From Vicinamibacteria bacterium (lineage in GTDB: Bacteria; Acidobacteriota; Vicinamibacteria; Marinacidobacterales; Marinacidobacteraceae), in NCBI GenBank assembly GCA_963422395.1, contig OY729431.1, positions 1,920,001 to 1,984,000 on the forward strand: a stretch of DNA of 64,000 nucleotides, written 5' to 3'. The notes beneath the pieces were generated by a model. That model saw only the letters and a list, made by a program, of their open reading frames with translations. It searched no databases and was not told where the DNA came from. Below are positions 28,780 to 40,764 of the stretch, one piece after another. A program made the translations under genes and the position numbers. Numbering within the stretch: position 1 is the stretch's first letter; every line of letters begins with the position of its first letter.

Positions 28780-31226
28780 CCGACGAGCACCTCCTCTCCC
28801 GAGGTCTGCGGAAGCAGTTCGCCCCCGCGCTGACGCACCACGAGTTCCCCCTTTTCGAGAACCATCTCCACCGGGACGCCCGGTCCCACTTCTCCGGTGA
28901 GCACCGCTTCCGAGAGGGGATCCTCGACATGCCGCTGGAGCGCCCGCCGCAGCGGGCGGGCACCGTAGGCGCGATCCTGAAGCGTGTTCCGGAGGAGGAA
29001 TGCCTCGGCTTCCGGCGAGAGTTCGACCGTGAGGCCGCGCTCGCCGAGTTCGCGGTTCATGCGCCGGATCATGCGCCGCAGGATCTCGGCGAGATCCGAT
29101 TCGGTCAGCATGTCGAAAACGACCACCGCGTCGAGGCGGTTCAGGAACTCGGGGCTGAAGGTCTTCTTCACTTCTCCCTGGATCAGTTCGCGCATCGCGC
29201 GCTTCCGCGGGTCCGGATCCGCCGACGCGAAACCGAGCGATGCCGGCTTCGAGAGGCGCCGCGCCCCGAGATTCGAAGTCATGATGATGATCGAATTCCG
29301 GAAATCCACCACATTCCCGAGGCCGTCGGTGAGCCGGCCGTCTTCGAAGACCTGCAAGAGCAGATTCCAGACATCGGGATGCGCCTTTTCGATCTCGTCG
29401 AGCAACAACACGCAATACGGGTTGCGGCGGACGCGCTCGGTCAGATGCCCGCCTTCCTCGTGTCCCACATAGCCCGGCGGCGAGCCGATGAACCGCGAGA
29501 CCGAGTGCCGTTCCAGGTACTCGCTCATGTCGAAACGCAGGAGCGCCTGTTCCGTTCCCAGGAGGAACTCGGCGAGCGAGCGAGCGACCTCGGTCTTCCC
29601 CACCCCGGACGGTCCCAGGAACAGGAAGACGCCGCCGGGCCGGAGCGGGCTCGCGAGCCCGGCGCGGGTGCGCCTGATGGCCCGCGCCACGCTCCCCACC
29701 GCCTCGTTCTGCCCCACGATCCGCTCATGGAGCTCTTTCTCGATCCGCAACAGCTTGCGGCTCTCTTCCTCCTCGATCGAGCCGAGCGGGATTCCGGTCC
29801 AGTCGGCCACCACCTCGTCTATGTCGCGGCGGGTCACCAGGGGCCGGTCCGCATCCCTGGTCTCCCAGCGGTTGCGGATCGCCGCGAGACTCTCACGCTC
29901 GGCGTTCTCCTGGTCCTGCGCCAGCGAGGCGCGCTCGAGGTCGTCCCCGGCCAGCGCCCGGTCCTTGCGTTCGCAAATGGCGCGGATCCGCTTGCGAACC
30001 TCGGCGAACTCCCTCGAGACACTGCTCTCGCGCAGCTTGACCCGCGAACCCGCCTCGTCGAGGAGGTCCACGGACTTGTCGGGAAGGAACCGATCGGTGA
30101 CATAGCGCTGCGCCTGGCGCACGGCCGCCTCGATCGCGTCCGGTGCGTAGTGGACATGGTGGTAGCGCTCGTAGCGCTGCTGCACTCCACGCAGGATGAC
30201 CAGCGTCTCCTCGTCGCCGGGCGCCTCCACCCGGACTCCCTGAAAACGCCGTTCGAGGCTCCGGTCGCGCTCGATATGCCGGCGGAATTCGGCCGGGGTG
30301 GTCGCTCCGATGCACTGGATGCCGTCGCGGGAAAGCGCGGGTTTCAGAATGTTCGCGGCGTCGAGCGAGCCCTCCGCCGAACCCGCGCCGACCAGAGTGT
30401 GCAGTTCGTCCACGAAGACGAGGAACGACGGCGATTCCTCGAGCTCCTTGATGATCGCCTTGAGCCGCTCTTCGAACTGCCCCCGGTATTTGGTTCCGGC
30501 CACCACCAGGGAGATGTCGAGCGAAACGATCCGGCGTTCGGCGAGGAAGATCGGGCACTCCCCGCTCACGATCCGGCTGGCGAGCCCCTCGACGATGGCC
30601 GTCTTGCCGGTCCCCGGCTCTCCGATGAGCACCGGGTTGTTCTTGCTGCGGCGGCATAGGACCTGGATCACCCGCTCCAGCTCCGCTCGCCGGCCGATCA
30701 GCGGGTCGAAAGCCCCTTCGCTGGCCGCCTGGGTCAGATCGCGGGAAAACTCGGCGAGCAGCGGAGTCTCGCGGAACCGCTGTCCGGCCTTCCTCCGGCC
30801 CCGTTCGAGGGCGATGGCTTCGCGGACGGTCGGGGCGCGCACCCCCTGCCGGGCGAGGATCGCGGCGGCCCCCGAGCCCGACTCCCGCAGCACGCCGAGC
30901 AACAGGTGTTCCGTCCCGATGTGTTCGTGATGCATCCGGTCCGCTTCTTCCTTCGCGTGCTCGAGCACCCGCTTCGACTCGGCGGAGAGCGGAATCCCCG
31001 CCGAAGTCGAAACGGTGTCCCGCAGCAGGACATGGCTCTGCACCTCACCGCGAACGCGTTCGATCGAGATGCGCAGCCGTCCGGCGACGGCAGCGGGAAG
31101 CTCCCGGAGGAGGCCGAGAAGCAGGTGTTCGGGTTCGATGGCGTTGCCTCCCAACTGCGACGCCTCGTGCCGCGCGAAATAGATGGCTCGCTTGGCGCGC
31201 TCTGTATAACGCTCGAACACTGGCAA
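28776..31226 (-). CDS. clpC: ATP-dependent Clp protease ATP-binding subunit ClpC/ClpA
   Basis: Clp N repeats and two AAA modules ([25 protein letters not shown]). Confidence 0.93.
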   Translation of the reverse strand: MPVFERYTERAKRAIYFARHEASQLGGNAIEPEHLLLGLLRELPAAVAGRLRISIERVRGEVQSHVLLRDTVSTSAGIPLSAESKRVLEHAKEEADRMHHEHIGTEHLLLGVLRESGSGAAAILARQGVRAPTVREAIALERGRRKAGQRFRETPLLAEFSRDLTQAASEGAFDPLIGRRAELERVIQVLCRRSKNNPVLIGEPGTGKTAIVEGLASRIVSGECPIFLAERRIVSLDISLVVAGTKYRGQFEERLKAIIKELEESPSFLVFVDELHTLVGAGSAEGSLDAANILKPALSRDGIQCIGATTPAEFRRHIERDRSLERRFQGVRVEAPGDEETLVILRGVQQRYERYHHVHYAPDAIEAAVRQAQRYVTDRFLPDKSVDLLDEAGSRVKLRESSVSREFAEVRKRIRAICERKDRALAGDDLERASLAQDQENAERESLAAIRNRWETRDADRPLVTRRDIDEVVADWTGIPLGSIEEEESRKLLRIEKELHERIVGQNEAVGSVARAIRRTRAGLASPLRPGGVFLFLGPSGVGKTEVARSLAEFLLGTEQALLRFDMSEYLERHSVSRFIGSPPGYVGHEEGGHLTERVRRNPYCVLLLDEIEKAHPDVWNLLLQVFEDGRLTDGLGNVVDFRNSIIIMTSNLGARRLSKPASLGFASADPDPRKRAMRELIQGEVKKTFSPEFLNRLDAVVVFDMLTESDLAEILRRMIRRMNRELGERGLTVELSPEAEAFLLRNTLQDRAYGARPLRRALQRHVEDPLSEAVLTGEVGPGVPVEMVLEKGELVVRQRGGELLPQTSGEEVLVG

Positions 31227-31271
31227 ACCCTCCGGCCCTGGAGATCCAGGAAGCCGCGGACGACCGGAATT

Positions 31272-31460
31272 TAGCAGCCCGTGGACGAAGTCACACGGCA
31301 GTCGACCGGCGATGCCCAGTCCTCCCGGTGGGGGCCCCGGCTGAACCGCTTCGCTCTTCGTTGCGAATCAGTCGGAATACGCTCGGTATGCCTCCCGATT
31401 CGCGCCTTGTCCGCCAGGCGCCTCCCCGGTCTCGGTGCTCGCGCCACTTCATCCTGCTAG
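31272..31460 (-). mobile_element. ~190-bp MITE-like repeat (reverse-orientation copy of 54593-54786)
   Basis: TAGCAGCCCGTGGACGAAGTCACAC...ACTTCATCCTGCTAG, colinear with the reverse complement of the 54.6 kb copy. Confidence 0.88.
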
Positions 31461-32167
31461 CAGCCGGCACCGACGGTCCCGGATCCGACGGACGCCGGAG
31501 CGAGCGATCCCCCCGAAAGACGCCAGACTACATCGCAGCGCCGGGCGACTTCCACGCTGTGGGTAGCGATGATCGAAGTGAGCCCGTGAGCGGCGTGGAG
31601 CGACGCCAGCAGGTCCAGCAACACCCCGCTCGACCCGGCGTCGAGATTGCCGGTGGGCTCGTCGGCCATCAACAGGCCCGGGCCGCCGGCGAGCGCCCGC
31701 GCCACCGCCACGCGCTGCTGTTCGCCGCCGCTGAGTTCCTCCGGGCGATGGCCGGCGCGGCCCGAGAGCCCCAGTTCGGCGAGCAGTTCCGCCGCCCGCG
31801 CCTCGGCGGCACGCCGCGGAATCCGACGGATCCGCAGCGGGAGGGAGGCGTTTTCGACAGCGCTCAGTTCGGGGAGCAGCCGGTGGTGCTGAAACACGAA
31901 CCCCACCTGGCGGTTGCGGAACGCCGCGGCCTCCCGTTCCGGGAGCTTCGAGACTTCCTGCCCGGCGAGGCGGAGGGCGCCCCGGTCCGGCCGGTCGAGC
32001 GCTCCGAGCACATGGAGCAGCGTGGTCTTCCCCGCCCCGCTGCGGCCGGTGATGGCGGTCATCTCCCCGCGCCTCACCGCGAGGTCGAGGTTGCGCAGCA
32101 CCGGAATCCGCGCCGCGCCGGTGCCGAAGCTCTTGTCGAGCCCTCGGGCTTCGAGCCAGGGGTTCAC
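31457..32167 (-). CDS. lolD: lipoprotein-releasing ABC transporter ATP-binding protein
   Basis: [31 protein letters not shown] and ADEPTGNLD motifs. Confidence 0.9.
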   Translation of the reverse strand: MNPWLEARGLDKSFGTGAARIPVLRNLDLAVRRGEMTAITGRSGAGKTTLLHVLGALDRPDRGALRLAGQEVSKLPEREAAAFRNRQVGFVFQHHRLLPELSAVENASLPLRIRRIPRRAAEARAAELLAELGLSGRAGHRPEELSGGEQQRVAVARALAGGPGLLMADEPTGNLDAGSSGVLLDLLASLHAAHGLTSIIATHSVEVARRCDVVWRLSGGSLAPASVGSGTVGAGC

Positions 32168-33444
32168 TGGAAACGCAGCCCGTCGGTGACCACGAGCGAG
32201 GCCGCCCGGCGCGCCGGATACACGGTGGCCAGAAAGCACACCACCGGCGCGAACAGACAGACGAGCGCCACATCGCCGGGCAGCAGGGTGAAGGGCACCG
32301 CGGTGATCTGGTACACATCCTCGGGAATCCGGATGCGTCCGTCGAGGAGGCGGCAGGCGAGGATGCCGAGCGCGGCCCCGAGGCCGGTTCCGGCGACGCC
32401 GATGACCGCTCCCTGTGCCATGAAGAGGGCCATCACGCTGCGCTTCGTCGCTCCCATCGAGCGGAGGATGGCGATGTCGCGCGTCTTTTCGGTGACGGTG
32501 ACGATCTGACCGGCCACGATGTTGAGCGCCGCGACGCCGATGATGAAGCTGACGAAGAGCGCCGCCGCCAGCTTTTCCAGCCAAAAGGCCGAGAACAGCG
32601 TCGTGTTCATCTCGATCCAGTGGATCGTCGAATACCCCGGGCCGAGGGCCTCCCGCACTTCGCGGGAGAGATCGCGGACCGCGAACATGTCGGCGACCCG
32701 AGCCTCGACATGGCTCGCTTCGCCGATGAAGCCCATCAGCCGCTGCGCCTCGGCGAGCGGTATCAGCGCCCAGGCATTGTCGTAGTCGTAGAGGCCCAGC
32801 CGAAACGATCCCGCGACCCGAAAGCGCCGGCTGGCCGGAATCGCACCGAGCGGGGTCAGCCGTCCTTCGGGGACCACCAGTCGCACCGGGTCGCCGACGC
32901 TCACCCCGAGGGAAAGCGCGAGTTCCTCGCCGAGCAGCACCGGCGGCGGTTCTCCGGGGGTTTCGAGGCCGAGGTCGGCGAAGCGGCCGGCGGTCATCCG
33001 CGCGGCGAACTCGCTCACCGCCGGCTCGAGCGCCGGATCCACTCCTTTCAGGGTCACGAGGGCGGAACGGCGGCCGAGCGCCATCGCCTTCCCGTAAACG
33101 ACCGGAGCCGCGGCGACGACGCCCGGAACCGCCGCCACTCGCGAGGCCGCCTCGGGGTAATCGGTGAATCCTTCGACGGACAGGCTGAACACCGTCAGAT
33201 GCGACAGGGCCCCGAGGATCCGGGCGCGCAGCTCTCCCTGGAACCCGGTCATGATGGCGAGCGCAACCAGCAGGATCGCGACCCCGACCACTACCCCGAG
33301 CGCCGAGATCGCCGAGATCACCGAGATGAACATCCCCCGCTGCCGGAGCATCAGGTAGCGAGCCGCGATCTGGAGCTCGAAGGGAAGCGACCGGGCCAGG
33401 GCCGCCGTCACCCGCCGGTGGACCGACTTCGCGTCCGCGCTCAA
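32164..33444 (-). CDS. lolE: lipoprotein-releasing ABC transporter permease LolC/E
   Basis: FISVISAISALGVVVGVA, EKTRDIAILRSMGA and YPARRAA motifs. Confidence 0.88.
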   Translation of the reverse strand: MSADAKSVHRRVTAALARSLPFELQIAARYLMLRQRGMFISVISAISALGVVVGVAILLVALAIMTGFQGELRARILGALSHLTVFSLSVEGFTDYPEAASRVAAVPGVVAAAPVVYGKAMALGRRSALVTLKGVDPALEPAVSEFAARMTAGRFADLGLETPGEPPPVLLGEELALSLGVSVGDPVRLVVPEGRLTPLGAIPASRRFRVAGSFRLGLYDYDNAWALIPLAEAQRLMGFIGEASHVEARVADMFAVRDLSREVREALGPGYSTIHWIEMNTTLFSAFWLEKLAAALFVSFIIGVAALNIVAGQIVTVTEKTRDIAILRSMGATKRSVMALFMAQGAVIGVAGTGLGAALGILACRLLDGRIRIPEDVYQITAVPFTLLPGDVALVCLFAPVVCFLATVYPARRAASLVVTDGLRFQ

Positions 33445-34970
33445 CGGCCTTCCCGGGGCCTCAGATGGGGGAAGAGGATCACATCGCGGATCGCCGGCGA
33501 GTCGGTGAGGAGCATGGCGACCCGGTCCACGCCCACGCCCACCCCGCCGGTGGGGGGGAGGCCGTGGCGGAGCGCTTCGATGTAGTCCCAGTCCATCGCG
33601 TGGTCCTCGGCGTTCTGCCGGCGGGCCATCTGCTCCCCGAAGCGCGCCGCCTGCTCGTCAGGATCGTTCAGTTCGGAAAATCCGTTCGCGATCTCCAGGC
33701 CGCCGGCGAAGAGTTCGAATCGCTCGGTCCGCTCCGGATCGTCGGGACTCGCCTTCGACAGGGGCGAGACTTCCACCGGATAGCCGGTGACGAAAGTGGG
33801 CTGGATCAGACGGCGCTCGACGAGCGCCTCGAAGAGGCTCACCAACAACTTGCCGGCGCTCTCCTCGTCCGGCAGCGGCAACTCGAGGGTGCGGTGGGCC
33901 GAAGCGAGCGGGGCGGGGCGCCGCAGATCCTCCGCTTCGAGGGGCAGACCGTGCTCTCGAAGCGCTCGCCGGGTGGCCTCGGCGAGGGAGACCCGCCGGA
34001 AGGGCCCCTCGAAGCGGATCCGGTTCCCGGCGAAGACCGCCTCCGGCCCGCCGAGCGTCTCCGCCGCCGCCGCGATCAGGAGGCGTTCGGTGAAGTCCAT
34101 CATGTCCGCAGAGTCGCGGAACGCCTGGTAGAACTCGAGCATGGTGAACTCGGGGTTGTGCCGGGTCGAGAGGCCTTCGTTGCGGAAGTTCCGGTTGATC
34201 TCGTACACCCGGGGGAAGCCCCCCACCACCAGTCGCTTGAGGTAGAGCTCGGGGGCGACGCGGAGGAAGAGATCCACCCCGAGGGCCCGGTGGCGGGTCT
34301 GGAAGGGCCGCGCCGCCGCGCCGGTGGCCAGCGGCTGCAGCATCGGAGTTTCCACTTCGAGGAAGCCGGCGTCGTCCAGGAAGCGGCGCAGCGTGCTCAC
34401 CAGCACTGCCCGCCGGCGGAACACCTCGCGGGTCGCGGGATTGCCGAGCAGATCGAGGTAGCGCTGCCGGTAGCGGGTATCGCGGTCGGCGAGCCCGTGC
34501 CACTTCTCCGGCAGGGGGAGAAGGGCCTTCGCGAGAAAGGAGAGGGAATCGGCGCGCACCGTGAGCTCGCCGGTGCGGGTGCGGAACAGGGCCCCGGCGA
34601 CCCCCACCCAGTCGCCGAGATCCAACTGCCGGCTCACCGCGAAATCCCGCTCGGGGAGCACATCGCGGCGGAGGTGCGCCTGCAGCGCCCCGGCGCCTTC
34701 CGAGAGCCGGAGGAAAGCGGCTTTGCCGAAGGAACGGTGGGCGGTGATCCGCCCCGCGACGCTCACCCGCCGCTCCGCCTCGGGCATCGCTTCGAGTTCC
34801 GGACCGCCGCGGTCGCCGAACGCTGCCGCCGCCTGTTCGAGGGTGTGCGTCGCCGCGAAACGGCTGGGCCAGACGGGGACCCCGAGTCCGGCGATCTCCT
34901 CGAGCTTGCGCCGCCGCTCGCGCTCGCCGCGGCCCGAGGCGGACGACTCCGCGGTCGGTTCGCCGCTCAT
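33441..34970 (-). CDS. lysS: lysine--tRNA ligase (class II)
   Basis: PLPEKWHGL, YRQRYLDL, FRNEG..HNPEFTMLEFY and GLPPTGGVGVGVDR motifs. Confidence 0.96.
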   Translation of the reverse strand: MSGEPTAESSASGRGERERRRKLEEIAGLGVPVWPSRFAATHTLEQAAAAFGDRGGPELEAMPEAERRVSVAGRITAHRSFGKAAFLRLSEGAGALQAHLRRDVLPERDFAVSRQLDLGDWVGVAGALFRTRTGELTVRADSLSFLAKALLPLPEKWHGLADRDTRYRQRYLDLLGNPATREVFRRRAVLVSTLRRFLDDAGFLEVETPMLQPLATGAAARPFQTRHRALGVDLFLRVAPELYLKRLVVGGFPRVYEINRNFRNEGLSTRHNPEFTMLEFYQAFRDSADMMDFTERLLIAAAAETLGGPEAVFAGNRIRFEGPFRRVSLAEATRRALREHGLPLEAEDLRRPAPLASAHRTLELPLPDEESAGKLLVSLFEALVERRLIQPTFVTGYPVEVSPLSKASPDDPERTERFELFAGGLEIANGFSELNDPDEQAARFGEQMARRQNAEDHAMDWDYIEALRHGLPPTGGVGVGVDRVAMLLTDSPAIRDVILFPHLRPREGR

Positions 34971-35512
34971 GCTCCCTCTTCCCGAGGCGGAGAGCCCGAA
35001 ATCGGAGAATCGGGGGCCGGCGGGCTCGGCTCCGATGAACTCGGCTCCGGAGAGCTCGGCTCCGATGAACTCGGCTCGCCGGGCTCGACGACGACCAAGC
35101 CGCGGCTCTTCATCACCCCGTCGAGCACCGCGTGGACGAAGGGCGCCGCCGCCTCCCCCGCATAGCGGCGGGCCACCTCGATCGCCTCGGTCAGCACCAC
35201 CCGGGGAGGGGCGGTCTCGATCAGCAGCTCGGCCACTGCCACCCGAAGCACGCTCCGCTCCACCCGGCCCATGCTCTCGCGCCATTGGGGGCGGATGGTC
35301 TCGGCGAGGCAGCGGTCGATCTCCTCGATTCGTTCCCAAACCGCGCGCGCCAGCCGCTCGGCGAAAGCGAGGTGCGCAGCGCTCGCGCGGGTGAGATCGC
35401 CCACGGCGGAGATCGTGCTCGGAGGCGGACCGGGGTTCGCGTCCCAAGAGGAGAGCATCTGGGCAGCGAGTTCCCGGCCGCGGCGGCGTTTGCGGGCGGT
35501 TCGCGGGTCCAT
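34967..35512 (-). CDS. nusB: transcription antitermination factor NusB
   Basis: RRRGRELAAQML, VERSVLRVAVAEL, EAIEVARRY..FVHAVLD. ribH-nusB synteny. Confidence 0.9.
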   Translation of the reverse strand: MDPRTARKRRRGRELAAQMLSSWDANPGPPPSTISAVGDLTRASAAHLAFAERLARAVWERIEEIDRCLAETIRPQWRESMGRVERSVLRVAVAELLIETAPPRVVLTEAIEVARRYAGEAAAPFVHAVLDGVMKSRGLVVVEPGEPSSSEPSSPEPSSSEPSPPAPDSPISGSPPREEGA

Positions 35513-35532
35513 CAGCAGGTTCCGGCGGCGGA

Positions 35533-36066
35533 TCAGCGCGGCAGCGGCCTGAATTCGAGCCGGGATTCGGGCACCGGGCCGAGGTCGAGAGCTCGCCGCT
35601 CCTCCATTCGTTCGCGCGCTCGGAGCAGGCCGGCCACCGCGTGCGCCGCCTCCTCCCCGCGGTTCCCCTTTCCTCCGCCGGAACGGGCCTCCGCCTGCGG
35701 CAGCGTTTCGACGGTGAGCACCGCGTTCCCCACCGGGACACCGGTCCGGACGCCGATCTCCAGGAGAGTTCCGGTCACCGCCGCGCCCAGCACCCGGTCG
35801 TGCGAGGTCTCCCCGCGAACGATGGCGGCGCAGGCGACCACCGCATCCACCAGGCGGCGCTCGGCGAGCCAGCCGCTCAACTGTGCCACCTCGAAAGCCG
35901 CCGGCGCCGGATGCAGCGACACCCGAGCGCCGCGTTCGGCGAGCCAGCGTTCCGCGGCGGACGCCAGCCGGGCGGAAGGAGCGTCGCGCTCCGAGAAGAC
36001 GACCCCGACCCGATAGCCGGCGAGCCGGTCCCCGGTCGGATCGAGCTCGCCGCCGTCAGACCCCAC
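35533..36066 (-). CDS. ribH: 6,7-dimethyl-8-ribityllumazine synthase (divergent)
   Basis: AAFEV, IVRGETSH, VPVGNAVLT and GNRGEEAA motifs. Confidence 0.85.
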   Translation of the reverse strand: MGSDGGELDPTGDRLAGYRVGVVFSERDAPSARLASAAERWLAERGARVSLHPAPAAFEVAQLSGWLAERRLVDAVVACAAIVRGETSHDRVLGAAVTGTLLEIGVRTGVPVGNAVLTVETLPQAEARSGGGKGNRGEEAAHAVAGLLRARERMEERRALDLGPVPESRLEFRPLPR

Positions 36067-36879
36067 GGAACCGCGGCGGGCGCTTTTCGAGAAAGGCGCC
36101 CAGCCCCTCGCGCAGGTCTTCGCTCCGAGCCAGCGAAGCGAAGAGCGCCGCCTCGAGCGCGAGTCCGTTTTCGAGCCCGCCGCCCCCGGCTTCCACCGCG
36201 AGCAGGGCGTTTCGCACCGCGAGCGGTCCGTTCTGGAGCACCCGGTCGAGCAGCGCCGCCGCGCCGCCGATCGGGTCTTCGTCCACCGAGTCCACGAGAC
36301 CGGCGGCGAGCGCCTCGCCGCTCCCCACCGGTTCGCCGGTGAGGATCATGCGCAGCGCCCGGCCGCGGCCGATGAGACGGGGGAGGCGCTGGGTGCCGCC
36401 GTATCCCGGGATGGCCCCCAGACGGACTTCGGGGAGCCCGAGCTTCGCAGCGGGCGCTGCTACTCGAAGATGGCAGGCGAGCGCCAGTTCCAGGCCGCCG
36501 CCGAGCGCGTAGCCGCCGATCGCGGCGACCACCGGCTTCCGGGTGCGCTCGATGCCCGAAAGGATCTCCTGCCCGCGGCGGGAGAGCGCGAAGGCGGCTT
36601 CCGAGGTGAGGCCCGAGAGCTCGGAGATATCGGCACCGGCGACGAACGCCCGCGAGCCGGCGCCGGTGAGCACGATGCCGCGGACCTCCGGATCGCCGCC
36701 CTGCTCGGCGAAGGCGGATTCGAGACGGGCCAGCGTCTCGCGGTTCAGGGCGTTGAGCGCCTTCGGGCGGTCCACGGTGATGAGCGAGAAGGGATGGCCG
36801 GCGCGGGTCTCCCGGCGCTCGACCCGGACGCTCCCGGAATCTTTCCCGGGTGCACCCCCGGGCACTCCTCGGGGGGCGC

Positions 36880-36883
<4 letters not shown>
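36056..36883 (-). CDS. enoyl-CoA hydratase / crotonase
   Basis: DRPKALNALN, AFVAGADI, GGGLELALACH and PGYGGTQRL motifs. Confidence 0.92.
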
Positions 36884-38127
<1,244 letters not shown>

Positions 38128-38169
38128 GGCGCGCGAAAGGGTATCGCGGGGAGGACGAGCGAGCGGGCC

Positions 38170-38256
38170 CTACCGGGTTCCGAGCCCTTCGAGCCGAGCG
38201 ACCCACCGACCGAACAACGGACAGGCCGCTCTCATCCTGGAGATTCCGATTTCGCG
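38170..38256 (-). pseudogene. orphan 87-bp 3' end of a DUF4276 gene
   Basis: REIGISRMRAACPLFGRWVARLEGLGTR*. About 76/87 nt identical to 42735-42821. Confidence 0.85.
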
Positions 38257-38262
38257 AGGCTG

Positions 38263-38412
38263 TCAGAGGTCCGGTTCGAGGGGGTCCGGTAACCCCTCCA
38301 CGATGCGGACGGTCTCGACGCTCAGGTACACGATGCGCCGGATGGCGGCGATCAGCTCGCGCGGGTCGTCGAACCAGGCGTTCGGGTCGTTCACGATGCC
38401 GCTGTGCTTGTG
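38263..38412 (-). pseudogene. 3' fragment of a type ISP restriction-modification enzyme
   Basis: KHSGIVNDPNAWFDDPRELIAAIRRIVYLSVETVRIVEGLP resembles the type ISP C-terminal region. Confidence 0.65.
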
Positions 38413-39035
38413 GTGTGAGAACCAAGACCCCGACGGGGGTCCGGATAGTCGAAGCCGACCTTCCAGCCCCACAGCTGCACCCCGCAGTGGCGCAGCTTGA
38501 CCCCCGTCGCGATGATGATCTCGTCGCGGGCGGGCCGCATGTCCTCGACCGCCTTCCGTGGCAGGATCGTGCCGCGCTCCCTGCGCCGGCCCTTCGGCTT
38601 CGTCCCGCCGGCCTGGACGGGGATGATCTCGCCGTTGGCGAGCGAGCGGAAGGTTGACGACGTAGCGGTCGTCTTCGAGACCGCCGACGACGAAATGGGT
38701 GAGAAAGTGCGCGTGTCGCCGCGCGGTGCGAGTGCCGTCTGCATGGTGCCGCCTCCTTGGAAGGGCGAGAGGGAACGGCGACAGCGGCCTCTCTCCGGAC
38801 CGTCTGCCTCCGCTCCCGCTTCCGGCCGAACCTCTCCTCCCGGCGGCGCGGGAGCTTCCGGGGAGCAGGCAGGACAGCGGTCGTATTGACGCCTATACGG
38901 ACAAGGGAGCTAGAACGCGATCCAGCCGTTGTTGCCTCCCGCGCTTGTGCTTCGCCTCGCCGGAAACGTTCACGGCGCCACACGCCGCTTGGCGGTCGTA
39001 ATCGGCGCCGCTGCGGGCGAGTTGCCCGCAGTGTC

Positions 39036-39064
39036 TTGACTGCACCGCAATCGTTGCGTAGATT
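39036..39064 (+). promoter_or_regulatory. TA promoter with operator palindrome
   Basis: TTGACT-17 bp-TAGATT with CGCAA-TCG-TTGCG in the spacer. Confidence 0.65.
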
Positions 39065-39093
39065 GGGCTCCCGGAAGAACGGAGGACGTGACC

Positions 39094-39336
39094 ATGGCGA
39101 GTATCACGATCCGCAACCTCGACGACGACGTGAAGACGCGCTTGCGCGTGCGCGCCGCCGAACACCACCGCTCCATGGAGGAGGAGGCGCGGCTGATCCT
39201 GCGCGAGGCAGTGGGGGGCAAGGCGGACTCGCGGAACCTCGCGAGTATCGTGCGTTCGCATTTCGGGCCGGACAACGGCGTGGACCTGGAGTTGCCGCCT
39301 CGCGAGGCTGGGCGCGAGCCGCCGTCTTTCGATTGA
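39094..39336 (+). CDS. FitA-like ribbon-helix-helix antitoxin
   Basis: MASITIRNLDDDVKTRLRVRAAEHHRSMEEEARLIL. Confidence 0.9.
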   Translation: MASITIRNLDDDVKTRLRVRAAEHHRSMEEEARLILREAVGGKADSRNLASIVRSHFGPDNGVDLELPPREAGREPPSFD

Positions 39337-39345
39337 GATACGGCC

Positions 39346-39771
39346 ATGGCCGTGCTGTTAGACACCAATGTGGTGTCCGAACTGATCCGCAAGGCGCCCG
39401 ATCCGGCCGTCGAGACGTGGGCCGCTGGCCACGCCCTGGAAGACCTGTTCTTCTCGGCGGTGGGCGAAGCGGAGCTGCGCTACGGCGCCGCCATTCTGCC
39501 GGCAGGCCGGCGGCGGGAATCGCTGGTCTCGGATATCCAGCGCATGCTGAGCGACGCCTTCGATGGCCGCGTGCTGCCGTTCGACAGCAGGGCGGCCCGC
39601 GCCTATGCGGATATCGCGGCCATGCGCCGTTCAGCCGGCCGCACGGTCCCGCCGGCGGACTGCCAGATCGCAGCGATCGCCCGTTCCCGCGGCATGGCGG
39701 TGGCCACGCGCAACGTTCGCGACTTCGAAGACATCGAGATCGAGGTCGTCGATCCGTGGACGGCGGCGTGA
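39346..39771 (+). CDS. vapC: FitB/VapC PIN-domain toxin
   Basis: LLDTNVVSE, AELRYG, DCQIAAIA and ATRNVRDF motifs. Confidence 0.92.
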   Translation: MAVLLDTNVVSELIRKAPDPAVETWAAGHALEDLFFSAVGEAELRYGAAILPAGRRRESLVSDIQRMLSDAFDGRVLPFDSRAARAYADIAAMRRSAGRTVPPADCQIAAIARSRGMAVATRNVRDFEDIEIEVVDPWTAA

Positions 39772-40263
39772 GTGGTACAACCGAGGCCTTCGCGCGGGTC
39801 AGGATCGACGCCCTTCTTCGGGATGCGGGCTGGGACCTGACCGGCGGCGCGAGCATGCTGTTCGAACACGCGCTGCCCGACGGCACACAGGCCGACTACG
39901 CGCTCTGCGACCGGCAGGGCCGGCCGATGGCGGCGCTGGAGGCCAAGCGCGAGCACCGATCCCATCGCGGCGCAGGATCAGGGACGACACTACGCTGAAC
40001 AGCTCGGCATGCCATTCGTCGTTCCTGTCGAACGGCGAGGAAGTGCGGTTTCTGGATCGCGAGACCGACGCCCACGCCCGCCGGATTGCGGGCTTCTATG
40101 CCCAGGACGACCTCGAACGGCGGATCGCCGCACGCCGGAACCGGCGCGATCTGTCGACGGCGCCATCGACAGCAGGATCGTCGACCGCGACTACCAGATG
40201 GAGTGCATCGAGGCGCTGTCGGCCGAGGTCTCACGCGGGCGGCGCAAGCCGCTGGTGGAGATG
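39768..40263 (+). pseudogene. hsdR: 5' fragment of a type I (EcoAI/EcoEI-like) restriction R subunit, frameshifted
   Basis: EAFARVRIDALLRDAGW..ADYAL..LEAKR / QGRHYAEQL / FLSNG / DRDYQMECIEAL..LVEM, truncated before Walker A. Confidence 0.8.
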
Positions 40264-40764
40264 GAGAGGCGGAAGCTATTCTCGCCACACTCGAGAAGCG
40301 GGCAGCCGACGAGGCTGACCGATTCATCACCGGTATCGAACATGCAGTCTTCCCGTCGAAAGCGCCGAATGGGTGGAAACGATCCGTCAAACACCCGTGG
40401 AAAGGCCACCCTACCGCAAGATCGTGGAGACGATCGAAGCGCTACAAAGAAGTTCAAGAAATCATCCGTAAATTACTCTTACTCTGCACTTCGTGTTGAG
40501 CTTTCGCACATGACACCGCCTGTTGAATATGAAACAGATGAAGCTCTCTTCGAGTTGTGTAGAGGAATGGCACAAATGGCGCCGGGCGCCATGTTCGCGC
40601 GTCCTGATACGGTTGATCTCGACCAGAGCACTGAGAACGTAGTCGCCGCCATCGAAGCGGCCATGCAACACTATCCGCCGGACGAACGGTGAGGTGTGAG
40701 CGGCATTCGATGAACCGATCGCATGAGAGGAGTATCTACGAAATCCTGGACGGGACTCTGTTCA

